The translations under genes were made by a program, and so were the position numbers. Shown here in pieces: positions 1-9,639 of a stretch of DNA of 64,000 nucleotides. The DNA comes from an uncultured archaeon. Lineage in GTDB: Archaea; Asgardarchaeota; Thorarchaeia; Thorarchaeales; Thorarchaeaceae. How positions within the stretch are numbered: position 1 is the first letter of the stretch; every line of letters begins with the position of its first letter. The notes beneath the pieces are model-generated. The model had not been told where the DNA came from. It made no database searches and worked only from the letters and a program-made list of their open reading frames with translations. The stretch spans positions 1-64,000 of the forward strand of contig CAYYQL010000005.1 in NCBI GenBank assembly GCA_964473825.1, given 5' to 3'.

Positions 1-1
1 G

Positions 2-79
2 AGGCCCACTGTATATCTTGAAGCCTCGGCCCTCTGGAACCTGTTCTACGGGGAGTCCGGTCAGAACAAGTGCCCTTGA
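2..79 (+). pseudogene. PIN/VapC-like toxin N-terminal remnant (runs off window edge)
   Basis: Frame 2 reads RPTVYLEASALWNLFYGESG, resembling the PIN first strand/helix (VYLDxSAL..L..E.G), then stops at 77-79. Confidence 0.4.
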
Positions 80-149
80 TCAAGTACCCCGAACCCTTTC
101 TCCAAGACGCTGAAGTATCTTAGAACCATTACCGGAACACTCTGATTTA

Positions 150-335
150 TGCGCAATCCAAGTTACTAGTGGGAGAAAATCTGTGAAGTCACCAAGGTAG
201 CAATACAGTATCAGGGGTTTCATCCCATAGAGTCGGAACCATCGGGTTGTCTACACAAGGAATCACTTTTGTCGCTGTCGATGAGAATGGCAATGTGTTT
301 CACCCAACAATCCTCTGGCTCAATAGACAGGAGTT
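150..335 (+). pseudogene. FGGY-family carbohydrate kinase fragment
   Basis: From 232 reads VGTIGLSTQGITFVAVDENGNVFHPTILWLNR, matching the FGGY N-terminal motif; upstream WEKICEVTK lies in another frame after a stop. Confidence 0.6.
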
Positions 336-414
336 TCAAGGATTAGTTATTCTGGGCAGAGTGAAGTATGACCCTTCGTGGGCCATACTTTATGTCCAAT
401 CTATCTGAGGGTTT

Positions 415-2487
415 CTAATTGCCCACAATTAGTCTGCCGCATGCTGGACACTTGGTACTCTCTCCTTTGGCGACTACCCGATCCATTGGTGCACTGCAAT
501 GTGGACAAGAGGTGACGGTCACTGTGTCTGTCGGCCCACCTTTGCCATAAACAACTGTCGCCGAAACGAACTCGTCAGTTCCCCTATCAATGTGACCGCG
601 AGCTTGTCCATCAGCGATAAGGTCCAATAGAGTGTTTCGTACATCGTTTTGATTTGCACCCAATTGACTTGCCATTTCAGCAAGTCCAATTCTCGGATAA
701 GCCTTAGTGAGTGCCTGAATCCGCTTTGCGAGTGTTGCCTTCTCCTGTCTTTGCATGAACTCGCTCTCTCGGGTTTTGGATTTCTTGTGTCGATATCCAC
801 CATACACAACTGAAAGCACTACTAGGAGGAAAATTAAGAACAGGCCATTCTGGCTTAGAAGTTGGACTAATGGTTCCAATAGGTCTTGCGAATCTGAACC
901 GTCTGGCTGCGTGCTTTCCGCCGTCTGAGTTCCTGCTGTTGCAGATGAAACTTCGTAACTCTGGATAGAAGAGATTGCCCAGTTACCCGCCGAATCCTCT
1001 GCATAAACTCTATAGTGAACTGAGGTCCCCTCGCTTTGGGCAGGAATATCACAGACGTAATTTCCACTCACCTCAGTCATCGTATCATTGATCCAACTAG
1101 ACCCACCATCTGTAGAATAAGATAGAATAGCCTGAGCAATCCCGCTAGGATCGGTTATCTCTGCAGTGACTGTTACTGAATCGCTGTCATCGGGTGAAGT
1201 TGGACTCTGTGATATGCTTGCTATAGAGGGGCCGCTTGTATCTATTGTTTCCTGTAGTTCGGAACCAATCCAGAAATTAACAAAATCCACATCCAAAACT
1301 GCATCCCAATTCTGGATGAATGAGATGACCATATCAGCCGACTGAGTATCCCACGTCGCTGATCCGATATCAGCCCACGTTGTTGATTCAGAATCCTCTT
1401 TTGCCCACAAGTCTGCTCCGTCGGCCCTTACAGTGAGCATGACATTAAACCATATATTCTCTGCGGAGGGTCTGGGCGTAGTATAGAAATTCTGATCATA
1501 TAACTTCCAGTGGTCATCAAAACACCGCAAGTCAATGGTGATTGATTCATCAGAAGCATCAGACAACATTTGGGGCAAAACATAGTCATAGCCCCCTGAA
1601 ACGAGCCGTCCACGCCACTGGACGGTGAAAGGTGTTGGTAGATTGGTGTTGAAGGTTGCTTGATCATTGTTACTGCCATCACTCGAAAAGTGAAGATTTC
1701 CCGATGATACATAGATTGAATCGTCTGTTCGAGTCCAATCTCCAGAGGAGAAGACATCCGTTGAGAAATCTTCTTTCAACAAGGTGCTTTCTACCACGCC
1801 ATCACGAATTTCAATATAATCAACATCACAAAGAGAGTCCCATGGTTGACTGAAACCAAACATCAAATCTGTAGTACTGAATTCTGCTGGGAGTGCGGTA
1901 ATGTATGTAAACGATGCATCAGTGTCTTCCTTTGCCCAGAAAAACACCCCATCAGCAGTGAATGATGCCCGCATTACACGCCAAACACCTTCCGAAGTTG
2001 GTACTTTCAAATCGAAATTGGTCCATCCCCATTTTGCAAACATCCATGCCTTATAATTGGCACCAATACCCAAGTCAAGAGTACCGGAATCAAAATCCTG
2101 GTTTATATGCAAAGAAGGAATGGTGTAATCTTTGCCTCCACTAGTCAGTCGTGCACGCCATTCGATTGTGCATGGCAGGCTTATAGCGGTTTCATACCTA
2201 CAAGCATCGTCATAACTACCGTCAGATGAGAAATGCAGGTATCCAGCCTCTGTGTCAACTGCTACCGATGAATCAGTTCGGTACCAGCTAGACCCTGCAA
2301 AAACATCAGTATCGAAATCTTCACGATATATTACATCGCCTGACAACAAATAGCTGTTTCCATAACCCGATGATGTTGCTGTTAAAGGTTCATCGCGTTG
2401 AAGCGCTATTGGTGCTACAAAGAGCAAGGAAATCAGACATAGTACTACTAATCTAGAAAAATTCAAGTTGAATCTTATTGAATTCAT
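415..2487 (-). CDS. Single-pass membrane protein: signal peptide, two tandem ConA/LamG-like beta domains, Ig-like domain, TM helix, cytoplasmic PCI-like winged helix and Zn ribbon
   Basis: AGGAGGTG RBS before ATG 2487; internal repeat EDFxTDVFxxxxWxRTDxS twice; TM LFLIFLLVVLSVVYGGY; PCI-like tail AYPRIGLAEMASQLG...LIADGQARGHID; CPHC...CPAC. Confidence 0.75.
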   Translation of the reverse strand: MNSIRFNLNFSRLVVLCLISLLFVAPIALQRDEPLTATSSGYGNSYLLSGDVIYREDFDTDVFAGSSWYRTDSSVAVDTEAGYLHFSSDGSYDDACRYETAISLPCTIEWRARLTSGGKDYTIPSLHINQDFDSGTLDLGIGANYKAWMFAKWGWTNFDLKVPTSEGVWRVMRASFTADGVFFWAKEDTDASFTYITALPAEFSTTDLMFGFSQPWDSLCDVDYIEIRDGVVESTLLKEDFSTDVFSSGDWTRTDDSIYVSSGNLHFSSDGSNNDQATFNTNLPTPFTVQWRGRLVSGGYDYVLPQMLSDASDESITIDLRCFDDHWKLYDQNFYTTPRPSAENIWFNVMLTVRADGADLWAKEDSESTTWADIGSATWDTQSADMVISFIQNWDAVLDVDFVNFWIGSELQETIDTSGPSIASISQSPTSPDDSDSVTVTAEITDPSGIAQAILSYSTDGGSSWINDTMTEVSGNYVCDIPAQSEGTSVHYRVYAEDSAGNWAISSIQSYEVSSATAGTQTAESTQPDGSDSQDLLEPLVQLLSQNGLFLIFLLVVLSVVYGGYRHKKSKTRESEFMQRQEKATLAKRIQALTKAYPRIGLAEMASQLGANQNDVRNTLLDLIADGQARGHIDRGTDEFVSATVVYGKGGPTDTVTVTSCPHCSAPMDRVVAKGESTKCPACGRLIVGN

Positions 2488-2990
2488 GCATACACCTCCT
2501 ATTACACACAGAATCATCTACAAGTGGGATTTCTTAGAGAGAACGGAATATCCGACCGTAACCTACGCACATCGTATATTGGTAAATGGCTACCACTAAT
2601 ATTTCTTATGGGTAGGTCCTAAATTCATAATTCTAAGGCAAATATATCAGATTCTAATCCCTGAGGAATTGTCCCGACCTATGACTTGTACGGCACAGAA
2701 CAACCATCAATGCCGTGTCTAATAGCTTGGTTTCCTTACAACACAGAAACGACACTAAACCTCCTTCGGAAAATAGAGAAATTGGAGGATTGACGAGAGC
2801 CGATGAATTACGTGTTCAATATCACGATGACCGTATCAGAATAGGGACTGTGGTAGTCTCTCTTGTCGGACAGAGGCCGGCTATGCGGCTTAAGTCGAGG
2901 AAACGCTCGACAAATACCCGAAATACCTTTCTGGAACCCATGAGTCAGGAGATAGTGGTCTGGCCGGGCCACAGGGATTAGTGCTAGAAA

Positions 2991-3398
2991 ATGGAACGGA
3001 GCAGGATTATCAGACACAAAATGAAGGTTTCTTATATCCTAGAGTACCTTGAGGAGATAGAGGGCGCCCTCCCGAACCCCTCAGGCATCGTACTCAAGGG
3101 GGTCTATTTCAATCTAAGTTCTGCTATTGAGGCGGCAATCGATATGATAGCCATGCTGTGCAAGGACTTGAGAATAGTGCCCACAGGAGACTACGAGAAT
3201 ATCCAAAGCATCCAGCAGAGGGACCTGATCAACGAGGCACTTGCTCAAGCCTTAGCAAAGTGCAATGGCCTCAGGAATGTTCTAATCCATCAGTACAACG
3301 GCATAGATGAAAATCTAGTACTGGAGGCAATCCCCCAAGTCGAGAATGCACTCAAGGAATTCATACACCTCTTGGAGGTCCGTTTCGATGAATCTTGA
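2991..3398 (+). CDS. hepT: HepT-like HEPN (DUF86) RNase toxin
   Basis: Rx4HxY motif RNVLIHQY; 135 aa; adjacent to MNT. Confidence 0.85.
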   Translation: MERSRIIRHKMKVSYILEYLEEIEGALPNPSGIVLKGVYFNLSSAIEAAIDMIAMLCKDLRIVPTGDYENIQSIQQRDLINEALAQALAKCNGLRNVLIHQYNGIDENLVLEAIPQVENALKEFIHLLEVRFDES

Positions 3399-3780
3399 TT
3401 CAATACGCAACGACCTGTCCTTTCTGTCTAGGAAGGAAGTGTTGCTGTTCGGATCTTTCGTAACAGGGGAGAGTGGGCCCAAGTCAGACATCGATGTAGC
3501 AATCATAGCACGAACCCACGATAGAAGCAAGGCAAACAACATCAGAATCGAGGCGGCGGGACGAGCGCCAGACCGCTATGACATTCAGGTCTTTGAGGCA
3601 CTTCCTCTCGTCCTCAAAGGTTCCGTCATCGAGAACTACGAGGTTCTCTTTGGCGACCCACTTGAGATAGGGATGTATTTCTATCAAGTCCGTAAGTTGT
3701 GGGAGGACTACATGCACCGACTTGAGGTTCCCACCGTGGAGGAGATAAGAAGAGGAGTAGCAACGGGAGGGCCCTCCTAG
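3388..3780 (+). CDS. mntA: Minimal nucleotidyltransferase (MntA-like antitoxin)
   Basis: GSx10DxD motif GSFVTGESGPKSDID; likely ATG 3388 overlaps the HEPN gene end. Confidence 0.85.
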   Translation: MNLDSIRNDLSFLSRKEVLLFGSFVTGESGPKSDIDVAIIARTHDRSKANNIRIEAAGRAPDRYDIQVFEALPLVLKGSVIENYEVLFGDPLEIGMYFYQVRKLWEDYMHRLEVPTVEEIRRGVATGGPS

Positions 3781-3840
3781 GCAAGTTCGTCACAACTCTT
3801 TTCTCATGGTGTGTCACATGGAATTCAAGGTGTAGATCAA

Positions 3841-4263
3841 ATGACTGACGAGGAAAGGGTATTTCCCTCAGAGGAATGGATCGAGAAGTACGTGCAAGAA
3901 CTCAACGCAAACGATGCCTATGAGGACGCTGCAAAGACATGGGAGGGCGACTTCATCTTCCAGATCGACCCCGATGGAGAGGTCGTCGAGAAAACCATCA
4001 GATTCTATCTGGACCTCTGGCACGGGAAATGCCGCGAGGGGCGAATGGCGGGTTCAGATGATGACGCAGAGTACGTATATGCAGGCCCGTATGGAAACTG
4101 GAAGAAGCTCATCAAGGGCGAGATAGACCCTATCAAGGGTCTCATGTCCCGGAAGTTCAAACTGAGCAAGGGCGACATGGGCAAGGTCATGCGGGCGACC
4201 AAGGCCGCAGCAGAACTAGTTACAACGGCATCCAACATCCCGACGAAGTTCATGGACGAGTGA
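3841..4263 (+). CDS. SCP2 sterol/lipid-binding domain protein
   Basis: FPSEEW...WKKLIKGEIDPIKGLMSRKFKL.KGDM pattern of SCP2 proteins. Confidence 0.8.
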   Translation: MTDEERVFPSEEWIEKYVQELNANDAYEDAAKTWEGDFIFQIDPDGEVVEKTIRFYLDLWHGKCREGRMAGSDDDAEYVYAGPYGNWKKLIKGEIDPIKGLMSRKFKLSKGDMGKVMRATKAAAELVTTASNIPTKFMDE

Positions 4264-4354
4264 GAAACATCTGGGCGCCAGAAATATCAGGGACCGCGAC
4301 AATCATAGTCTACCTTAGATATCGAAACGATAGCGATTCCAGGGAGGCTTCAAC

Positions 4355-5530
4355 ATGGTATGGTGGTTTTCAGTCCCGAGAGTTGCCTTTGGAGAGGATG
4401 CACTCAGCGAGCTTGAGCAGTTGGCAGGCGAGCGAGCATTCATCGTGACAGACAAGGTCATAGCAGACCTAGGATACCCAAAGAGAGTCAGTGATCTGCT
4501 CAAGTCAAATGGCTGGCAGGTGTCAATCTGGGATAGCGCGGAGCCAGACCCCCGGGTCTCCACGGTCGTGGAGGTCTCAGCCAAGATGGAGAGCTTCGGC
4601 CCAGATACAATCATTGCGATTGGTGGGGGAAGCGTGCTGGATACAGCAAAGGCGGCCTGGGTCTTGTATGCCAACCCCGGGACCAGTCTTGAGTCACTTA
4701 CACCCTTCGATGTCCTGAATCTACGGAAGAAGGCGAAGATGGTGGCGATACCAACCACCGCAGGCACGGGTTCTGAGTCTACTCGCGCCATCGTCGTGAG
4801 GGAAGATGAGTCGGGAAGAAAGTTTGCCACGATGAACCCCGAGCTCACAGCAGACCTTGCTATCTTAGACCCCGAGTTCGTCAAGGGACTGCCTAGAGAT
4901 CTTACTGTATACACCGGGATGGACGCGCTGACTCATGCAGTAGAAGCATACGTTTCGGAGTGGAAGAACGACTATTCGGATGCCTGTGCTATGAAGGCGG
5001 TCAAGATGATATTTGAGTGGCTGCCGAGATCAGTACAGAACCTCGAGGACTTGGAGGCCCGTGAGAAGATGCTGATTGCCTCAGACCTCGCAGGTATGGC
5101 GTTCAGCAACTCCCAGGTCTGTCTGGCACACTCATTAGGACACAGTCTGGGTTCTGTTCTCAGGCTCCAACATGGTATGGCTGTTGGGATGGTATTGCCA
5201 TATACCATTGAATACAACAGCCTGGGCAGCGAGTCTGCGGCCGAATACTATCAAGAACTCGGAGAACAGGTGGGAATTGCAGAGGAGAAGCCACTTGACG
5301 CTGCCAGAGCGTTTGCCAACAAGATACGAGAACTTCAGAGGAGCCTTGACTTTCCGACAGACCTTGAAGATGCCGGCGTGACAAGAAAGGACTTTGATGA
5401 TGCGCTTGAGAAACTTGTCGAGTTTGCTATGATGGACTCGAGCATCACAATGAATCCCCGCAACATAAACAGTCAGGGGATCGAACACATCTACAACGAC
5501 ATCTTCTCAGGGAAACCTATAGACTTCTAG
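4355..5530 (+). CDS. Iron-containing alcohol dehydrogenase
   Basis: IGGGSVLD, IPTTAGTGSE, GMDALTHAVEAY, HSLGH and HG motifs. Confidence 0.93.
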   Translation: MVWWFSVPRVAFGEDALSELEQLAGERAFIVTDKVIADLGYPKRVSDLLKSNGWQVSIWDSAEPDPRVSTVVEVSAKMESFGPDTIIAIGGGSVLDTAKAAWVLYANPGTSLESLTPFDVLNLRKKAKMVAIPTTAGTGSESTRAIVVREDESGRKFATMNPELTADLAILDPEFVKGLPRDLTVYTGMDALTHAVEAYVSEWKNDYSDACAMKAVKMIFEWLPRSVQNLEDLEAREKMLIASDLAGMAFSNSQVCLAHSLGHSLGSVLRLQHGMAVGMVLPYTIEYNSLGSESAAEYYQELGEQVGIAEEKPLDAARAFANKIRELQRSLDFPTDLEDAGVTRKDFDDALEKLVEFAMMDSSITMNPRNINSQGIEHIYNDIFSGKPIDF

Positions 5531-5542
5531 GAGGAAGAGAAT

Positions 5543-7366
5543 ATGAGGGGTTACAGGGGACACGTTATTGAAGTAGACCTGTCCAAGGGAAGGAGCAGTA
5601 TTGAGCCTTTGAACCGAGAGTATGCGCGGGACTTCATCGGAGGGGCTGGTCTCGGATGCCGACTGCTGTACGACCTGGCGGACGCATCGACAGACCCGCT
5701 GGGACCGGAGAATCCGCTGATCATGATGACCGGGCCCTTCTGTGGCACGGTGGTCCCCACAGGCAGCAAGGCCTCCTTCTGCGCAAGGTCACCACTGACA
5801 GGGCTCTGGGCGCACAGCACCTTCGGAGGACATCTTGGTGCAGACCTGAAATTCGCAGGTTATGATGGCATCATCATCAGGGGAAAATCGGACAGCCCCG
5901 CCTACATCTTCGTAGGTAACGATGTCGTTGAGATACGTGATGCCACCCACGTATGGGGCAAGGACACTGAACACACCTGGGAGATTCTGAAGGATGAGAG
6001 TGGTCTGCGTCTTGCGGGAGTGGCACGAATAGGTCGCGCAGGAGAGAACCTCGTCAAGTACGCCAGCATCATGGTGGATCATTTCCGGGCTGCAGGCAGA
6101 GGAGGTCTCGGTGCAGTCATGGGCTCCAAGAATCTCAAAGCAATCGTTGTTGGAGGGGACGATAGAAAAATCCCTGTGGCTGAACCTGAAGCGTTGAATG
6201 AGTACTGCAAGACACTCAACGAGGACAAGAGAGAAACACCCACCTTCAAGATGTATTCCGAGCTGGGGACGGCCGGCTTTGTAGACATGGCCTCACTCAT
6301 GTACGGTTCTCTACCAGCAGGCTACTACACGGTACCGGACTTCGACTCGTACAACATCAGTGGCACCACAGTCAAGGAACAAATTCTTGTTGCTAAGAGT
6401 GCCTGCTACAGGTGTCCAATCGGCTGTGGAAGAGTCATCAAGATAGATGAGGGGAAATACGCAACTGGAAAGTTTGCCGGCCCGGAATTCGAAGTGACAG
6501 GCACCATGGGTTCGCTCATCCTCAATAACGACGTGGAAGCACTGTCCTTTGCAAACAAGAAGTTGGACCTTCTAGGCATCGATACAATCTCAGGAGGTAA
6601 TACCATTGCCTTCGCATACTACCTCTATAACGAAGGACTTGTGACCTCTGACGATCTGGACGACATTGAGCCCGAATGGGGCGATATCGACGCGGCTCTG
6701 CAGTTCATGGAGAAGATTGCTGAGCGAGAGGGGATCGGTGACCTGATGGCAGAAGGAAGCCTGGCACTCGGAAAGAGGTTTGGTCATGAAGACTTGGCTG
6801 TTCAAGTGAATGGCATGGAATTCCCTCAACACGATCCAAGAGGGTTCTCAGGGATGGCCATCGCGTATGCTACATCTCCCCGAGGAGCGTGCCATATGAC
6901 AGCAGACATGTACAACGTGCAGATGGGAGTTCCTGACGAGGGGTTTGACATTGAGAGCGAAGATAGATTTGCCAATGAAGCGGACATAGCAGCAAGACTA
7001 CAGGACTTGAGGTGCGTTACTAATTCGGCTCTGATCTGCCATTTCTATCCGATAGAATCTACTGAGTTGGCAAAGCTCCTGAGGCTTGTCACCGGATGGG
7101 ATTACACCATCGATGAACTCAGAATGGTTGGAGAACGAATCTTCACCCTGATGCGGCTACTCAATCTGAAGTTCGGATACGATACGAGCAACGAGAGACT
7201 ACCAACCCTGATCGAGAGATCTCTCGAAGGTGCCACAGAGGGCCATGTGCCTGACATCGATGCTCAGCTTGATACCTGGTATGAATACAGACGGTGGGAC
7301 AGAACTACTGGTCGACCTGCCCCAGACCGACTGAAGAAGCTCGGACTATCAGACCTCGTTGAGTGA
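5543..7366 (+). CDS. aor: Tungsten/molybdopterin aldehyde:ferredoxin oxidoreductase family
   Basis: GRGGLGAVMGSKNLKA, CYRCPIGC, GPEFE, LGIDTIS, HDPRG, RGACH. Confidence 0.93.
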   Translation: MRGYRGHVIEVDLSKGRSSIEPLNREYARDFIGGAGLGCRLLYDLADASTDPLGPENPLIMMTGPFCGTVVPTGSKASFCARSPLTGLWAHSTFGGHLGADLKFAGYDGIIIRGKSDSPAYIFVGNDVVEIRDATHVWGKDTEHTWEILKDESGLRLAGVARIGRAGENLVKYASIMVDHFRAAGRGGLGAVMGSKNLKAIVVGGDDRKIPVAEPEALNEYCKTLNEDKRETPTFKMYSELGTAGFVDMASLMYGSLPAGYYTVPDFDSYNISGTTVKEQILVAKSACYRCPIGCGRVIKIDEGKYATGKFAGPEFEVTGTMGSLILNNDVEALSFANKKLDLLGIDTISGGNTIAFAYYLYNEGLVTSDDLDDIEPEWGDIDAALQFMEKIAEREGIGDLMAEGSLALGKRFGHEDLAVQVNGMEFPQHDPRGFSGMAIAYATSPRGACHMTADMYNVQMGVPDEGFDIESEDRFANEADIAARLQDLRCVTNSALICHFYPIESTELAKLLRLVTGWDYTIDELRMVGERIFTLMRLLNLKFGYDTSNERLPTLIERSLEGATEGHVPDIDAQLDTWYEYRRWDRTTGRPAPDRLKKLGLSDLVE

Positions 7367-7419
7367 CAACGTGGAGCTCCAGTTACATTCAATAGACATG
7401 CAGACCATCTTTCAAGAAG

Positions 7420-8142
7420 GTGAAAAGCGTGGAGAGGAACTACAGTACACCCTTGAACAGTCCGATGTATCCATCACCCCCGTATCATTATGATGACGCA
7501 AAGATATTCCTGGCCTTGTTCTACTCGAACGAAGACTCCCTGTCAAAAATACTACCGGAGCCCTTACGCCCCACCGATATGTATCTTGCAGGAGTCATGT
7601 TTGGAGAGCAGCCGTGTCGTGAGACTGCCACCTTCCGTGAGTCGGCTATTCTTGTCCAGTCATTATACGAGGATGAGAATACCGGTGAAGAGGAGGTTGG
7701 CGTCTATTTCGTATTCAACTGGTGTGATAGCGATGTGGCACTGGCCGCTGGAAGAGAGATATGGGGCTATCCCCGGAAACTCGCTGATATCCAGATGAAC
7801 TGGAAGAAGGATACGCTGGTCTGTGAGACCTTTAGAGGCGGACAGACCCTATTGAAAGCAACCTGCGAGTTCGAAGATGAGGGAGAATGGATAGACAGCG
7901 GCCCAAACCTTAACGTTCGGAGAATTCCCTCCTCAACCACAGAGGAGCATGCCATCTCGGAGATCACTGCAGCAGACCTAGAATACGACATCAAGACGGG
8001 ACGGTCAGGAGATGTGGAAATAGAGATTCATGAGGGAGACCATGACAAGCTCGGGGACATTCAGATAGAGGGAACCATGATTGGATTGGTCTTCGATACA
8101 GACATCCTTCTGCCGCCACCCAGAAAGGTTCTCTCACTCTAG
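7420..8142 (+). CDS. Acetoacetate decarboxylase family protein
   Basis: AGREIWGYPRKLA signature; P.YP.PPY.Y N-terminus. Confidence 0.85.
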   Translation: MKSVERNYSTPLNSPMYPSPPYHYDDAKIFLALFYSNEDSLSKILPEPLRPTDMYLAGVMFGEQPCRETATFRESAILVQSLYEDENTGEEEVGVYFVFNWCDSDVALAAGREIWGYPRKLADIQMNWKKDTLVCETFRGGQTLLKATCEFEDEGEWIDSGPNLNVRRIPSSTTEEHAISEITAADLEYDIKTGRSGDVEIEIHEGDHDKLGDIQIEGTMIGLVFDTDILLPPPRKVLSL

Positions 8143-8191
8143 CAGCGAACAGGCCCGTGAAGTGGGTCTCAATGTTGAAAGGAGAGAGGGG

Positions 8192-8476
8192 TCACCGTGA
8201 AGAGACCGACTTGCGCTCCTTCGCCTCGCGGATATGAACTCGTCCGGAATGAACTGCGCAGCTCACACAATAATATGCTGTTGTCCTGCGAGTCTGAATG
8301 TATCCACCTTGCTGCCTCAGTTCCCTGGCGATTTGCGGTTCAACAACTGAGGAGTATCGGGTATACTTCTTTGCCTTGTCTGCAGGCACGAGCCGTCCAC
8401 ATCGAGAACACTGAACAGAGGACTTCCGGCCAGCCCCTCCCTTTGACCTACCAGATGATTTTCTCTTCTTAGCCAT
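8192..8476 (-). CDS. rps26e: 30S ribosomal protein eS26
   Basis: KKRKSSGRSK...VQCSRCGRLVPADKAKK...YCVSCAVH. Confidence 0.95.
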   Translation of the reverse strand: MAKKRKSSGRSKGGAGRKSSVQCSRCGRLVPADKAKKYTRYSSVVEPQIARELRQQGGYIQTRRTTAYYCVSCAVHSGRVHIREAKERKSVSSR

Positions 8477-8670
8477 ACTCGGTCACCTTTGAATTCTCCT
8501 CAGCAGGATTGCAATTGTCTTATAGCCTTGTGGCTCTGGTAGAATCGGTGGGGATGATATCTCCGCACTCAAACACTGACCGATATCGTTAGCTGATCCG
8601 CGAGCTGCATAATTGATTCGAGGGAGAAGCAAACGAAATATCAAGGGGTTTGATTCAGAGAGGACACAAG

Positions 8671-9639
8671 ATGAAGAGAGCAGTAGTGACAGGATGCGCT
8701 GGGTTCATAGGTAGCCATCTCACAGACCAGCTTCTGGCCAATGGGTGGAGCGTTATCGGGATTGACAATCTGACCACTGGAAGGAGAGAGAACATCTGCC
8801 AGCACGATGATGAGGACCATTTCCGATTCATCGAAGACACTGTGGTCAATGCGTCCCTACATGAAGTGATTGACACAGAGGTTGATGTCGTCTATCATCT
8901 TGCAGCGATTGCATCTGTCAAGTGGAGCATCGATGACCCTGTTCTCACCGACCAGGTCAACGCGGGCGGGACCGTGAACACGCTTCAGCTTGCAAGACAC
9001 CTCAAAGCAAAACGGTTTGTCTTTATTTCAAGCGCGGCAGTCTACGGGGACTCGCCGAAAACGCCTGTGACGGAGGAACAGAAGGTGTCAGCACTGACCC
9101 CGTATGCGGCATCCAAGATAGCAGGTGAGCAGTACGTCAAGGCCTTTGACAATTGCTATGATCTGGAAACGACTATTCTTCGTTATTTCAACGTCTTCGG
9201 ACCAAGGCAGGCTTACTCCCCCTATAGCGGAGTTGTGTCGATCTTCATCAATCAGGCACTATCTGGTGAGCCAATCACGGTGAACGGTGACGGGAGACAG
9301 ACCCGGAGCATGATATACGTTGAAGATGTGGCTCGAATAACAGCCCGAGCTGGACAACTCCAACAGGCTCATGGGGAAACGATGAATGTCGCAGGCCGTG
9401 ACGAGATCAGCATACTCGAACTGGCAAGAAGAATCAACGAACTGATTCCGGATAGCCCATCGGAGATAGTCCATACCGAGGCCAGGAAGGGTGATATCAG
9501 ACGGAGCATGGCCTCAACTGAACGTGTAAGCAGGCTGCTGGACTTCAGTCCCGAGGTATCACTGACAGAGGGTCTGAAACAGACTATTGACTGGTATCGG
9601 CTCAATCCACAGCAAAGCGCTACGTCACTGTCAAGGTAA
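8671..9639 (+). CDS. NAD-dependent epimerase/dehydratase (UDP-glucose 4-epimerase-like)
   Basis: TGCAGFIGSH, SSAAVYG, YAASK, LRYFNVFGPRQ. Confidence 0.92.
   Translation: MKRAVVTGCAGFIGSHLTDQLLANGWSVIGIDNLTTGRRENICQHDDEDHFRFIEDTVVNASLHEVIDTEVDVVYHLAAIASVKWSIDDPVLTDQVNAGGTVNTLQLARHLKAKRFVFISSAAVYGDSPKTPVTEEQKVSALTPYAASKIAGEQYVKAFDNCYDLETTILRYFNVFGPRQAYSPYSGVVSIFINQALSGEPITVNGDGRQTRSMIYVEDVARITARAGQLQQAHGETMNVAGRDEISILELARRINELIPDSPSEIVHTEARKGDIRRSMASTERVSRLLDFSPEVSLTEGLKQTIDWYRLNPQQSATSLSR

Noticed and set aside
2803-2820. ATGAATTACGTGTTCAAT as a fourth copy of the 18-bp palindrome
   Set aside because: Only the right half matches and the left-half spacing differs; could be chance
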